64,000 nucleotides of DNA, from assembly GCF_009914755.1 (NCBI RefSeq), contig NC_060925.1. One strand, given 5' to 3'. Made by a program: the position numbers and the translations under genes. Source of the stretch: the human T2T-CHM13v2.0 reference genome, Homo sapiens. Shown piece after piece: positions 1 to 13,850 of this stretch. A model generated the notes under the pieces. The model was not told the DNA's origin. It saw only the letters and a program-made list of their open reading frames with translations, and searched no databases. Position 1 is the first letter of the stretch, and the number at the start of each line of letters is the position of its first letter.

Positions 1-1009
1 GAAACCTCACAGGAGGTAGCAGAGGGGTTGCATAACTTCCCTAAGGCCATACAGCTCTTAAATAAAAGAGGGGAAAGCAAGACCTTGAGTCAAGATTTAT
101 AGTGTTCGGCCATCTAGGTAGGCTCCCAACACCCCCTCCCCGACTCCCCCAAAAGAAAAAAAGCCTCAAAATACAAAACCAAAGTGGCATGAGTAGGCAA
201 GGTCAAGTCTCCAAGCTTCCTGATGCCAGCAGTCTCCTCCCCAGCCTCTCCCGTGTCTGTGAGAGTCCCTGGTGGATCCTTAAGTCTCTGAGGAGCTTGC
301 CAGCTCTGGGTGTGGAAATCCTTGCTGCTGACAAGTCCTGCCAAACGCCTTCCCTCCATCCTTCCTTTTCTACATGAGCCTCGGAGCTGACTGGGGAACA
401 CTCAGAAAACACCAGGTCTCAGTTCTGCCTTCATGTCCAAGAGCTGTTCTTGGCACTTAACCTTAACTCCATGCGCTTCACTTTAATCCATGCTCTGGTG
501 GTGATGCTCCCAAGGCTGGGGGAGGTAGTCCCATTCCGTCCCCACCCCGCCCCTATCTTCCAGGCTCCCACTCCTCCCCTCTTGTGCTGTGGGCTAGACA
601 CACAAAGCTTGGGGAAGCTCTAACCATGGGTTCTGCACAGCCACTGATTCCCCAAGACCCCCTATGGCAAGATCTTAGAGGAGAATGAGTATTGAAAACC
701 ATAAATCAAAAAGGATCATAACCCAATCTCAAATGATCAAAGTGGCTTCTCTTAAGCACTTTGTGTTTCTTGAAGGGTTGTAGCAGCCAGCAATTAGTAT
801 TGTCATCACACCATCATTCTGATTACTAATAATATGATTAACCCCCTTGGCCAGTGTAAATGTTCATTACAACACATGTATGTTTTAGGTCATTACTTAA
901 TAAAAGCAATACAGATGCTGAAGATAACAGTAGAGAGTAAGCCTTAAGCTAGGGCTTGGAGCCAAAGGAAATGTCCAAAGCACAGGTCACCTTTTGAAGA
1001 TTTTAGTTA

Positions 1010-1225
1010 ATATGAATTGAGCCCCTATCATGCTCCCAGTATGGGGTTTAACATGTTTTCCTATGTTACTTCATTGACTCTTCACAATAACCCTTCGAGA
1101 TGGGCATTATCTGTTTTGTATGCTAAGGAAATTGAGGCTCAAGATTAAGAGACTTGCATAATATCCTGGCCAAGTGGTGGAGCTGGATGGGAACAGGTCT
1201 GTCTGACTTCAGGCTCCAAGCTGTA
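1010..1225 (-). mobile_element. MIR
   Basis: AAGGAAATTGAGGCTCAAGATTAAGAGACTTGC...GTCTGTCTGACTTC MIR core. Confidence 0.6.
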
Positions 1226-4200
1226 ATCAGTCAATCAGGGCAGAAAAGTTGAGGATGAAACTTCAGAGCAGAGAGGTGAGGCTGATGGGAGGCCCTGGGC
1301 CCTGAAGGAAGCACTTCTAGTCTAAACCCTCCATGTGGGCTCTTTGCTGGAAAAATTATCCACAGAGTCCCCAGAAAGCCAGAGGACAGCCAGCCAAATG
1401 GGCAGAGAGCAATACAGAAAGGATGAGAAAGACAAGAACCTACAGAATCTTAAAAAAAAAAAAAAAAAAAGTCAGAGTGTTCAAGACCAATGCCGCATGT
1501 ATACAAAGTGGAAAGTTGCATCAAAAGTCCCTTTGTTGTTGGGGCCTTTTAAGGGGCTGAAGTGGATTGACTGCATAATCAGATTGATTGGACAAACCAA
1601 GTGTTTTCAGTGACTGCTTGATTGATTCAGTGGGAAAATGGGACTGTGTGTAAATACAAAGGCAGCGGGAAGAGATGGGCCATGTGAGTCAGCAAGAAAG
1701 AGAGTGAATCAGAGAGTATCAGAAAGAGAAAGAGTGATGCAGAAATCAAAAGCTGTGGACACAGGTGAGGTCCAGAATATGGCCCAGGGGATGGAAAGAT
1801 CAGAGTGGAGAAACCAGCTTAGAGGAGCGACAGTGCAGGGAGAAACCCCTTGGAGACATTGCGTTGGTGACCTCCAGAGGGTATTTTGTGCTCGTCAGCC
1901 CTGAACAAACTGCATCCCCCACCCCTACACCAAATCCCCAATCTGATTAGAAGCTTCTGGTCTCTCCTCTTGATCTCAGCCCCAAGTGGAGAGTGGTTAG
2001 TCCTGAGACCTGCTTTAATGCTATTAGTTAAAGCTGCTTAGGTAGGAGAGCAAGAGGGGCTGGGGGCCTGGGAGGGTCAAAGCCAGTCGCCTTTTTCCTT
2101 GGAGAATTTGGGGGAAGGAGAGGGCTAGATACCCTTCCTTCATGTCCCCTTAACTTCTCTTTCCTTCTCCCCTGACCAAGGGATATGCTGGCAGTGACCC
2201 CAAGGGCATCTTTTCTCTCCCTGCCCAGGCAATAGAGAGGACCCCTTTTTGATGCTGGGTGCTGGGAATCAGCCAGACGAACCCTGTCTCCCTCCTGCAG
2301 CCTCAGCTCTTCCTTCTATCTCCACAGCTGGGAGAGCCTCCCCGAGTGGGGTCCAGCAGCAGTCCTGCTTCTCCTTCTCTTTCCTCAGTCCTCAACGCCC
2401 CTCCAGGCTCCCTCTCGACTGCTGTCACTGCCCAGTCCCCTCATACAGCCTCAGATCTCTGCCCAGCCCCTCCTCTTAGTCCCCCTGTCCCTTGCAGATG
2501 CCTCCAACTCTTGTCTCTTGGGTCCCTGGGGGCCGTGGGATTTAAAAGTTTTGTGTAACTCCGTGGAGCAGAAATCCAAACCCAGACACTCCCATCCCCT
2601 GCCCCTCAGACCTGTCACGATGGGCAGCTGAAGGTCGGGGGAAGGTCATCCCCTGACACACCTTCAGGGACCCAGGGGCTCGGGAAGGGACGAGGGTGTC
2701 TGGAGACCAGCTTCCAGCTCCGCACCCATCCCTCTGCCTGTCAGGCCCCGGCCGGTCTCCACTTCTCTCTGTTTGACCGGTTTATCTTTCTTCACCTCAT
2801 TTGCTCCTTCACTGTTCTCTCCTCTTCCCTCCCACTTTAATTCTTTTTCCTTCTTTCCACTTCCCACCCAGCAACCTTCTCTTGGCCTTTCTTCCCCACC
2901 ATTATTGATTTTGCCATGTATTTTTCCACTCCTGTCTCTCTTCTCCCCTGTCCTCTCCTCTGCCAGTTTCTCTTGGTCTCTCCATTTCTGCCTTTACTTC
3001 CTGTGTCTGCCGATCCTATGGCCTCTCTTTGTTGCCCTACCTATCCTGCCCCTTGGAATGCCCATTTCCCTCCTCTGGAGTGTTGCCTGTCTCAACACTT
3101 CTTTCCCAGCCTGGTGCTCTCTGTTTTGCTGTCTCTGTCACTGTCTCCTGTTGTTGCTTTCTGTTTCCTTGTCTGTCTTTCCTCTCTTGCCCCCCATCTC
3201 TCATCCATGCTTTGGAGAAGGAAACTGACCACAGGCCTCCCAGCTTCCCTGCCCTGCCCTTACAGCACCACCACCCCACTCCCCTACTTCCTCCTCAGAT
3301 CCCCCCTGCGCCCCTCGACCTTCCCCTAGTGGCAACCTCATTCCCATCAGCTGTGCCTGGGGGAGCCCCCTGCCTGGACACCCCCTGATCCTTCCCTTTG
3401 TCCCCCCAACACAGAGACAAGAAATCCCCTCCAGCAGGCGATGACGTGGCAGAGGAGCAGGTCAGAGGCAGAGGAAGTGAAAGCTCCTAGCAAACAGCTG
3501 AGCTGGATGAGCTGGCAGGGCCAGCATGGGGCTGAGTAACTGGGACCAGGACAGCAGCGTGAGAAGCAGGCATCTGAGGCCATTCTCCCCAGCTGGGGGC
3601 CTCTGATACCTTCTGACTCAATCCCCAACCCTCAACCCTCATGTCCACTTCCAGCCTCAACCCCAACCCCAATCTTAACAAGAACCTTCAACTTCCACTA
3701 AGCCCAAAGCCTCATTGAAGGCTGCATCCATGCACCCTGGTCCCTGTGCCCACTGGAGCCCCACTGCCCTTGGGCAGGACCAGAAAGGGGCTCGGAGGTG
3801 GCGAGACAGCAGCACCACTCTCCCCAGCCCTTCTCCTCTTGTCTCCACTGGGAAGGAGTTGGTGAGACGAGCAGGACTTCTCTCTGCCACGGGAGCATCA
3901 TCTCTGTGTCTCTCCAGCCTCACAAGCCTGGATCTGCCCTCACCATCACAGGGGCTCTCGTGATAAGCAGGAGACTTCACGTTCTCAGACTTTAGGCTTC
4001 TTCTAGTTCCTTGAAAAGGATCCCAAGAGTCTGAGGAAGGGAGGGAGGTAGGAGTGGGGCAGAATCCTCTCATCCCATCAGAGGTTTCAATTCAGAACAC
4101 CCCAGCCCGGATCAGGTGGGAGCACAATCCTGGTGGCCCTCTGCCCACCCCTGCTCCTTCCCGTCCTCATGCTATGAGGTCCACACCCTCACCTGCCTCC

Positions 4201-6653
4201 CTCTGCCCAGTAGTAGCCACCAGCTGATTGTCAATCCTCACCCACTGATCTTCAACCTCAGCCACAGGGATGACAGCAGAGAGCTCCCTGAGACACAGAA
4301 CCCTGGGGCAGGGAGATAGCTGAGGCCAGCATTCGGTCAGCCCCAGGATCCAACTTGATCCATTCATCCCAAGAGTTGTATCTGCCAATAGCTGACCCCA
4401 GCTGTGCCCCATCTTGGGGGAGGAGAGCCTATTGGTAGGCTGGACCTGCTGTCATTATGATGTCCTTCTGCAGGTGCCAGGGTTCTCTCTGGCCTAAGTG
4501 CCCAACACCTGGCTCTGTGGCTGTCCCATACCTAGATGGAAGAGCCCTGCCACCTCCCACGCAGCTTCAGTGTGACCCTTGGGTTCCCCTCTCCACCCGG
4601 TGCCTAGCTCTCTTTATGTCTCCCCTTCCTAATTGCCCCACGATCGGCTCCACCATTGAGGTGGTGGACAGAGAAGGGCTCGTCCCTGCCGGCTGGCCCC
4701 AGCTGCAGACCTGCCATCGGAGTCCCTTACCTTGGATCAGCAGCCAGGTCCCCGTGCTCCTCCGACTGGCTCCCTCTGGCGCTCTCCTCGCCCAGCAACG
4801 ACCCCCTCCTCGCTCATCACACGCGTTAGGGTTACTTAAAATGAGAGCGGGATCTCCAAGCTCCCAGGGGAGCCGATGTGGTTTTCAGACAATAGCATTA
4901 ACCCTTCGGGGGCTAGCAACACCACGGCCTTGAGCCCCTTCCCTTGCACCCCCACCTCTTTGGGGGTGAGGTGGGAGGGAGTATCTCTCACTGGGTCCTT
5001 TGCATCCAGAGCCTGCCTCTGGGGAAGATCAGACTTAAAACATCTGACCCACCGGGAGACTAGGGAGAGGGCTACCCCTTCTTTAACGCCAGGAAAAGGG
5101 ACGCTGACCTATTGGGAAGGCCTTCTGCTGTCCACCCTTCCTACTTTTTCAGCCCTTCTTTTATGCAGACTTCTGTGGAGATGGAGTCCAGATCTGCAGA
5201 AGAAACACCCTTCCCAATCTCTGATTCTTAACACCATCTCACTCCTTGTTTTCTCCTCTGAGCCCCAGACCATGCTCTGCTCACCATGGTAGTGCTGGAT
5301 CTTTGCAATTTGTAACTTTTCTTCGTAGTCTCCAGTAAAATGATACTAATCATTTACCTAATCTCTTTTCCCTAAGGATTTTAAAGCAGCGATTATGTCT
5401 GTTTCCTCTTAGAGTTGTAGAAAATGATTTTTTCCTTTTTTAAAAAAATTAATGTGACTTGAAGTTAGACAGCAGGAAGAACTTCCAACTAAGGGATAAA
5501 CCAGGCAGGAGAAAGTGATGACGGGGTCATCAGAGAGCCTGCTAAGGAAATATTACAAACAAGAGAAGGGGTAGGAATCCAGAATGTTCTGGGAGGGGAT
5601 GGAGGACGTGGGTAACTGACCTCAGGAAAGGCTTTTCCAGGGAAGCTGGAGGAGGGACGATACTGAAGACCAGGGCCTCTGTCGTTAAAGTCCTGGGGAT
5701 CAAGTGACCCTGGAGCCTGTCGGCCCTGTCTCCAATCTCCCCACTCACCATCGGGGAGAAGATTGATGGATGTCATTGGGGGAATCAATATGATTTTCTT
5801 TTTTTTTCCCCTGACTCTGAGATACCAAGTTTCCCCCTACCCTCCACTCTCCTCGTTACACAGACCCTCCCAACCCTGAGCTGATCGAGATGGGACTGGA
5901 GGGCCATGGAATTAAATTCTGGGGGTTGTTTTCTGGCTAAATCAACCGAAGCTAACATGATGGAAAGGTGAGAGAGAGGCTGACTGACGGAGGAGACAGG
6001 AGCTGGGGGCCATGGAGAGAGGGTCCTGGTCAGGGAGAGCCAGGAAGGACTGGGCTCCAGGCCCACTAGGGCAAAGAGGAAAGGGGCTACAGGGAGGAAT
6101 GGCACAGAACACTGTTCCATGGAGTTGGATGGGTGGGTGGGGGTGATATTAGCAAGGACGAGACAGACTTGATCTCCATAAAGGACAGAGATCTGTGGCA
6201 AGAAAGACTGAAGTTAGAGCCAAGATGCGGTAACCTGGGCATTTCTCGTAGGTGTCATTGGTACTTCCTCATCTGGAAAGCTTATCCTGCCCCTTGCTCA
6301 CCTCCACCCCATCCTCTCTTCTTCACTGAAGAGTTTCAGGATCATTTGAGTTAGCTGCAGAAGATGCCAAGGCCAAGGAGGACTCCATTAGGAAGAATGG
6401 CTCTGCCCCTCCTCTTCAGGAAGGCCCTGCCAAAGAGGGGGTCAGAGCAGAACTGAAGTGGGGGAACAGGAGCCTAGACCCAGGCACTGGACTCCCGGGA
6501 TCATTTGGACCTCCTCTTGCCTCTATAGGCTTTTCTAGGGGGTAATATCTGAGAGACCTCCAGACAAGGAGGCTCCAAACTATTGTGGGGGTCCCACTTC
6601 CTGCGACCATCCCAGCTCCCAGCAAAGTCTCTCATAAGGCTATCTTCAAGTCC

Positions 6654-6764
6654 TTTTTTTTTTTTTTGTAGAGATGGGGTCTCAAACTTCTGGCCTCAAG
6701 TGATCCCCCTGCCTTCAGCCCTCCAAGTAGCTAAGATTACAGGTGTGCGCCACCACCCCCGGCC
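6654..6764 (-). mobile_element. Alu monomer fragment (FLAM-like)
   Basis: Poly-T, then GTAGAGATGGGGTCTC...CTCAAGTGATCC...GATTACAGGTGTGCGCCACC..CGGCC. Confidence 0.8.
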
Positions 6765-7229
6765 TCAGGAGCTGCTTCTGAGTGGGGTTTTCACTCTTCT
6801 GCTGCTCCTTCCACTGTCCCTACCTGCTTCCTCTCATCTTCTAGAGCTGGATGAAGACAGTTCTTCCTGCCTGCTCCCTACTTTCTGTCCAACTCACACT
6901 TCAGTGGTTGGCCTTTGTAGACTAGGCTGGGCATGGACGCTAGGCGCTTGGCTCAGACCTTGGCTGCTAGAATGGCAAGCTAAGCCTCCTCTGCTTCATC
7001 CTCTAAATATAAGCAGATGGCTTAGCTCCCTAGCAGTGGGTGGAGGAAATGGCAAATGGCCGTGGGTGGAGGATCTCCTGACCCAACAAAGACCGTTCTA
7101 GATTATGAAGCTTTCTGCGTGCATCCTAGTGTGTAGCACAGTGCCTGGATATGGGGGCTGCTCTGTCATGACTGGGAAGTGAATAAACCAAAAAGTACCT
7201 CATGCTTCAATCAGCACCCCACGCTCTAG

Positions 7230-7558
<329 letters not shown>

Positions 7559-9199
7559 CATCTTCATTTCCATTAACTGTCCAGCTCCCTAAACTCCCTG
7601 ACAGGGTGAACAATAGTGGGGTTAGGCCAAATGGGTGGGGGTGGAGCTGTCTCTGTCTGGGGACAGGAACCTGGCAGGAGGCAGCCCTTCTTGCTTTGGT
7701 GCTTAGAGCTGGCTCTGGGTGTCTGTCAGCATCCACTTGGGCTGAGGGAGGCCAGGGAGGGAATGGGAACAGCTCCTCTCCTCAGCTCTCCTCCCAGCCC
7801 CTAGAGATTAATGGCACGAACTCAGGCGGGAAGGGTCCTCTCATAGGAGGAAGCCAAAGGATATGCTATTTGAGCTTCAAGTAGACTTTTCCTGTTCTAG
7901 TTAGTGACGCTTTTTTCATACTTGAGTAACAACCAGCACAAGTGACTAAATTCAGAGTCTATTGACTTTGTATCAAGACCTCACCACCCCGAGTGGGTTC
8001 TCTCAGGCCTCACTGAGCCTTTGTAACCATCTGACATTAAAATGGGCAGCACCAGAGGACACAGGGATGGGATCAGACCTTGGGGAGTGTTTCTCAAGGA
8101 GCTGCACAGGGTGGAGGGGTGGAGATGACAAGATGGTGCCATTGCCTTCCTGAGGAATAGGAAGAAGCCAGGAAAACAGGCTCATCCCTTCTCCTCCACT
8201 GGCTCCTTGCCCTTCAGCCAGGGATCTGGCCTGGGGTCATGGCAGCCAGTGGAGTAAAGTTCAGGGGGCCTGGCTGATTCCAGGAAGGTCTGTCTGGCCA
8301 GTCCAATCGTGTCGGAAGAAGAATACCCACTCATAAGCACTCCTTGCCGGCTGTTGGAGAAAGAGGGCTCATTCTCTGCCATGCTGATGGGGCCCAATGC
8401 ACCCCCATTAGAGGGGCAGAGGCCAAAGGCAGGGGCCAAAGTGGTGACTGAGACTGAACTCAGAGGGAGGGGAGGGAACAGGGGCGCTCCTGCAGGGAGG
8501 GACAAGGCCCCAGGTGGCCAGAAAGGGGACAGGAAAGGAGGTGCCAGGTAAGCACTGGGAAGGAGGAAGAAATCTGATTTAAGGAGACAAAGAAGAAGGA
8601 AAGGGGGAAGATTAGAAGAAGTGATGAGGCTGAGGGAAGAGGAGAGGGACCAGAGAGGGCAGGAGGAGGCCTGGCTGAGGCAGCCCTGGAATGCTGCATC
8701 CGGAGGGATGCAAGGGCTGGGGGAGGGCAGGGGAGGAGGCGGTGTGTGAGTGTGCGGAGCCGGTGGCTGCGGTGTCGGTGGAGACTCTTCATGTCCCATT
8801 AGCGGCAATGGAAGGTGACATGTGGGGATCGATACCAATCGAGGCAACAGACTCCCAGTAATAAACCCATTTCACTCACACTTCTCCACCCCCCAAAGCC
8901 CAACCCCGCGAGAGGGAGTGAGAGCTTCCCACCCCCGACCCGAACTCCAGAGAGGCTGTGCTCAGAACGGTCCCCAGCCCTGGCACCGGGCAGGGTGGGG
9001 GTTCTTGCTACCTGGCCCTGTGAGTCCCAGGCCCAGTTCTTCCTTCTTTCTAGGGGTAAGGAGGAGCTAGGGCCACCTCCCAAACCCTGGGGCTATTTCC
9101 AAGGCAGAACAGGGAAAAGCTCTGGAATTTGTTGATCAGCTCACCCTGTGGGTGCAGGTGAAGGCTTCTTTGTACTCCTGGGTCTATAGAAAGACGTCT

Positions 9200-9565
9200 C
9201 TCCATGTGTGCCTCCGTGTGGGAGTCTGAATGCGTGTCTTTCTGTCTCTGTTAGCAGGTGTGCGTCTGTGTGTCTCAGGATTTGTGTGTTCTGTGGCTGG
9301 CTGTCTCTGTAACCACGTATTTTTGTGCGTAGGTGTTTGTGTCAGTTTTTGTGTTTCCAGTGTGTGTTGGTGGGCTGTGTGTGCCTGTGTCCATGCACAC
9401 CTATCTCTGAGAAGGTGGGTATGTGAACCTGGGCTTGCTGTGTGTGAATCTGAGTGTGTGAGCCCATGTTTCTGGGGGTGTCTGCTCTGGGTGCGTGGGC
9501 TGTGCTTTGTTTCAGAGACTGTGTGGGGGTGTCTCTCTCTGTGTGTGTGGTGGGGGTTGTGACTG
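9200..9565. repeat. Degenerate (TG)n-rich low-complexity tract
   Basis: Dense TGTG/TGTC repeats; explains the Cys/Val- and His/Thr-rich ORFs here. Confidence 0.8.
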
Positions 9566-12500
9566 TCTTTGTCCCCTGTACTTGTGGGAAAATGCTGCTG
9601 GCCTCTCAGTACTGGCACCAAAACCCTGCCCCAACCTGGCCCCTTGAGCTGGACCTCAGACAATGTCCTACCTTCCAGGTGGGGTGCTCCGCTGTCCTGC
9701 TTTGCCTGGGACTGACAGTTTCCCAGATGCAGTACTTTCAGTGCTAAAACTGGAACAGTCCCAGAAAAACAGGGCAATTGTTCCCCCTCCTTCCAGGCAT
9801 AGACGTGAGAAGGCCAAAGTGAATGGCAGTGCGGGTATCAGGGAAGGAAGGATGGCAGACTAGTAGGGTGAGGAGAGTCGAAGGAGTAGATGGAAAGGTT
9901 GAGATATTTGAATGGAGGAGGAACGAGGAAAAAAAAGGCTGTGAGAGCAGCAGGAGGAATGATAGTTAGATCAAAGGGGGAACTTCCCCAGGGCACAGAG
10001 GGGAACTCTGGAAACTAACACAGGAAGGAAAAGAGATGGGCTGTCCCCCGCCCTGCAAAACTCCAGAGGGAAGTCGTGCTGGGCTCTGCAGGGCACAGCA
10101 GCAGACAGGGTGCTTGCCTGCGTGTGGCTGCTCACGGCTTATGCCTGCCTGCCTGTGGCTGGTGGGGTGCACCCAGACAGAGCACCTGTGGGGCTCCCAC
10201 CCTCTTGCACACCCCACGCTGCTCTCTCTGTCTCCTCACTGGATGGGGATGAGAGCACGGCTCAGAGATGGGACTCCCTCAGTGCACAGTGTGAGGGTGT
10301 CTGGCTTTGTGTCCTTCCCTCTCTCTGCTTGGTGGGCCACCTTCCTCAAAGACGACAGACTGGGCCCTGGATGGCCCTGGGTGATGGGCCTGGAGGTCAA
10401 GAGGCTTTGGGGAGGGAGAGCTTGTTTATGGTCTCCCAGAGTCTCTGAACTCCAACAGGAGGGTTGGAGCCTTCTCCGTCATGTTTACCATGGAATTCCC
10501 AATCCCATCTCAGTGCCTGGCACATAATGGCCCCTCAGGAAATGTGTCTTGACTAAACTCATAGCTTTGCCCCTGCTCCTGAGTGCTTTAGTCATCCTCT
10601 TCTCCGGGAGTGAATGACAAAGGGGCCCTTTTAGTTCTCTGGCTGTGCCTTCTCTCAGCCACATCCCTCTAATCCTTCCTGCTCCTGTCTTCCCTGGGGT
10701 CTCCTGCACTGGGCCTCACAGGTGAGCACCTGCAACTCTCATTCCTGCAGAAGCCTCTGGAAAGTCAGACACAAGCTGGCTCCAGCGGAGGGGCCTCCAG
10801 CCTCTGCTGTCCCTTGCTGTTTTGTCTCAAGGCAGCGTCTTTCAAATTGCCCTGCCACTGCCCTTTGGAGCCTTTGAGGAGTTTGAGGGGTTGTCATAGC
10901 CATGAAGATTTAAACTTTGGAGGTCACACAAGGTTTTAAACATCTGTTTTATAAACTGAGTTCTCAGTAGAAGTTTTGAAGACAGAGCTCCAGTACTAAA
11001 AATCTGTGCGGCCTGGCCTGCTCCTGACATTTGCAGGCGTCTGTGCGGGAGTGGAAACAACACTGCTCCCGCTCAGGAGGATGTGCCTAGGGCAGAGGCT
11101 CGAGCACTCCTGGATGGGGCTCCCGTCATTTGGACAGGGAATTGGAGGGTGCCAGAGACCCAGAGTGTGTGCTAGAAGGAGGAACGTGGCTCCACGTGGG
11201 CCTGTCCCCTTGGCCTTCAAGAGCTTCACCTGGGCTGGGGCACTGGCTGCCCTGGTCTCAGTGTGGTATCCTTTGAGAATGACAATTTCAGTATGCACTC
11301 ACTCTCTGCCTCTCTGTGCCGCTGGTCTGTGAGCTGGTCCAGGGCTGCGTTCTGGAAGACGGTGAGAGAACTGAATCTTGTCCAGGATCCCACACTGTTG
11401 ACTCTCCCTTGGAGCCCTCCCCTTTTATCTTTTGTGTAGTGCTCTTGGCTGGTCCTCAGATGGGGTCTTGTCTCTTCCCTCAGTCTGGGGGCTTCAGGGA
11501 GACAGGAGCTATTGCTTCTCAGATGACGAGCTTCCTGGAGGAACTGCATCTCCTTCTTTGGATTGGGGGGGTGCCTGGAGGAGGGGCTGAGTCCCCTTCC
11601 CTAGTCCTCCTTCCTCCAGGTGGAGGCCAGGTGTGTGGCCTGAGCACTAGGGGTTGGGGGCTCTTGGAGAATGGTAAGGGATGGGAGAGTGAGGGAGCTG
11701 GGTGGGAAGGACACATGCCCAGGGCTGCAGACAGGCAGAACCCAACAGGCATGGTGCTTAGTTCCAGGGGCCCCGAAAGAGCAGCAAGAGGGATGGATGC
11801 TCTTCACGCTTCGTGAGGGCTGGCCAACAGCCAGGCATGGGAGCTGGGGCGCAGGATTGGGGCACGGTGAGAAGAGGCTCTAGGCCTCTCGGGTTTGGGG
11901 TCACCCCTGGATTCTATTTCCCTTGTTCTTTTCCGGACCTCTGAGAAGCTGGGATGGGCAGACATTTCCACTGTCTGGAGCCAGGAAGGATTTCTTGGAA
12001 GAGAATAACTCAGGGGCTCAGAGGGGAGGCAGGTCTCTCCCTCCCTCCCACCCTTTTCCCCTTCCCCCAACACCAACCCAGGGCAGGCTAACCAAACTTT
12101 ATATATATTCTGAGTTAAGGAGCCCTGTGTCACATTGATAGGAAAAAACAAGAGAGAGAGAAGGGGAAGCCAGGAGAATGCAGAGCTCAAATGAGAACCG
12201 AGATAAAGCAATTACCTGATCAATACGGGTGAAATTGAGTAATCTAGCAGATCAATACCATGGGCAGGAGGCTGGGGGGTGGGTGCTCCCTGCTCTCAGC
12301 CCTGCTCCCCTGCCCACCCCGGCTGCTGTCCCTCCTCCACTTGCTCCATCCCCCTCCTTTGGGAATTCATCTCTAGATCTGCCTTCCACCTCAGCCTCTG
12401 CACTCCCATCCCCCAAGGTCCCCCCTGCTCCTCCCAGCCCCCAACCTGTGCTCAGACTGCCACCCCTACTCAACTGCCGCCTCAACTCCCCTCACTCACG

Positions 12501-13649
12501 TCCCTCTTCTTCCTTCCCAAACTGATCCTACTCTCTCAACAGCCCCACTGAATTGATGACCCCTGCCACTCCATCCCCCAACACACACACTGGGCCTGCA
12601 GCTCAAGCCAGCTGGAGAGCCAGCTGCCCACAACTGTGTCCTGGGCAAAGGTGTTGGGAGGTGATCTCACTCCCTACACCAGGAAAAGAACTAGGTTTGC
12701 AGGGACCAAGTCTTCCCCTATCAGCCAGACCTGACTGGAGAGACAGATGCACCTCTTATTTCACCCTGTTATTGGTAATACAACCTATCACACCATTTAT
12801 GAAGCATTGATGACATTCTAGGCATGGGCTGAGCTGGGCTGTGGGGGCGGGGAGCTGGGAGGAGGCCCCTGGTTCCTGCTGATGCAAAGGCGACAGTCCC
12901 CACAGTGAAGGGCACTTGTCCATCTGGGGACTGCTGGTGTTTAGAAGGGGATCTTGGGGCTGCGGCTTTTTCAGAAGGGGACTGGGGTAGAAGGACAACT
13001 TCCCCAATATTGTGGGAACACCTGAGTTCCTGCTGGCCGAAGTGAGTACCAAAAATTCTTTGGCAACCAGAAAAGTGACAGCTTGCTCGGAGATGAAAAG
13101 CAAGGCTTTGTCATGTGGAAAGAGCACGAAATAGGATCATAGCCCCCGATTTACTCCTGTCCTCTGTCACTGCTGGAGTAGAATCACAGCCCCGATTTAC
13201 TCCTGTCCTCTGTCGCTGCTAGACTGGAAGCTCCTGGCTGGTCAGGAGTGTGTTGATTTGACTTTATGAGTACAGAACTGGGCCTGGCATCCAGCAGGCA
13301 CTCGGAAACGTTGGATGAATGAATGAACGACTATCGTCACCTGGCCGCAGTCTGCCTTGTATTTCAGTTCATTATATTGGCTTGCTTGGCCCCAGGGAGC
13401 AGGGACCTCCTATGTCTCCCAGCCACAGCCTGGCATCCAGCAGCCCTTCAGCAAATGTTTGTTTCATGTAATGAATGACTGCCTGAACATATGTATGGGT
13501 CTCTGTCTCTGGGCGTTGAGGTTGTTCCAGGGGAGCTCAAACCGGCAATGATTCCACAAAGTTCCTTAGATAAATCAAGGGCCTCTTTAAAGCAGCTCAT
13601 TCCCCAACCCCCACTTCCAGCTGTCTGTATCACCACTGAGAGGCAGAGA

Positions 13650-13850
13650 GGTATTTGAGAAAAGACATGAACTTTGGAGTCAGAGACACTGGGTGAGTCC
13701 TGGCTGGGTTGCTCACTACCTGTGTTGATCTTGGGCAATTCACTTAACCTCATTGACCTTTGTTTTCCTCATCTGGAAAATGGGCATAATAATAGTACTC
13801 TCCACAGAAGGTGATTTTGTGGATCAAGTTAGTTAACACAAGTTAAGTGA
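13650..13850 (+). mobile_element. MIR
   Basis: CTTTGGAGTCAGAGAC.CTGGGT...CTTGGGCAATTCACTTAACCTC...TTTCCTCATCTGGAAAATGGG.ATAATAATAGTAC. Confidence 0.75.

Noticed and set aside
2760-3390. Hydrophobic Leu/Ser/Phe/Pro-rich ORFs resembling membrane proteins (also 8182-8847)
   Set aside because: Caused by strongly pyrimidine-skewed low-complexity DNA.
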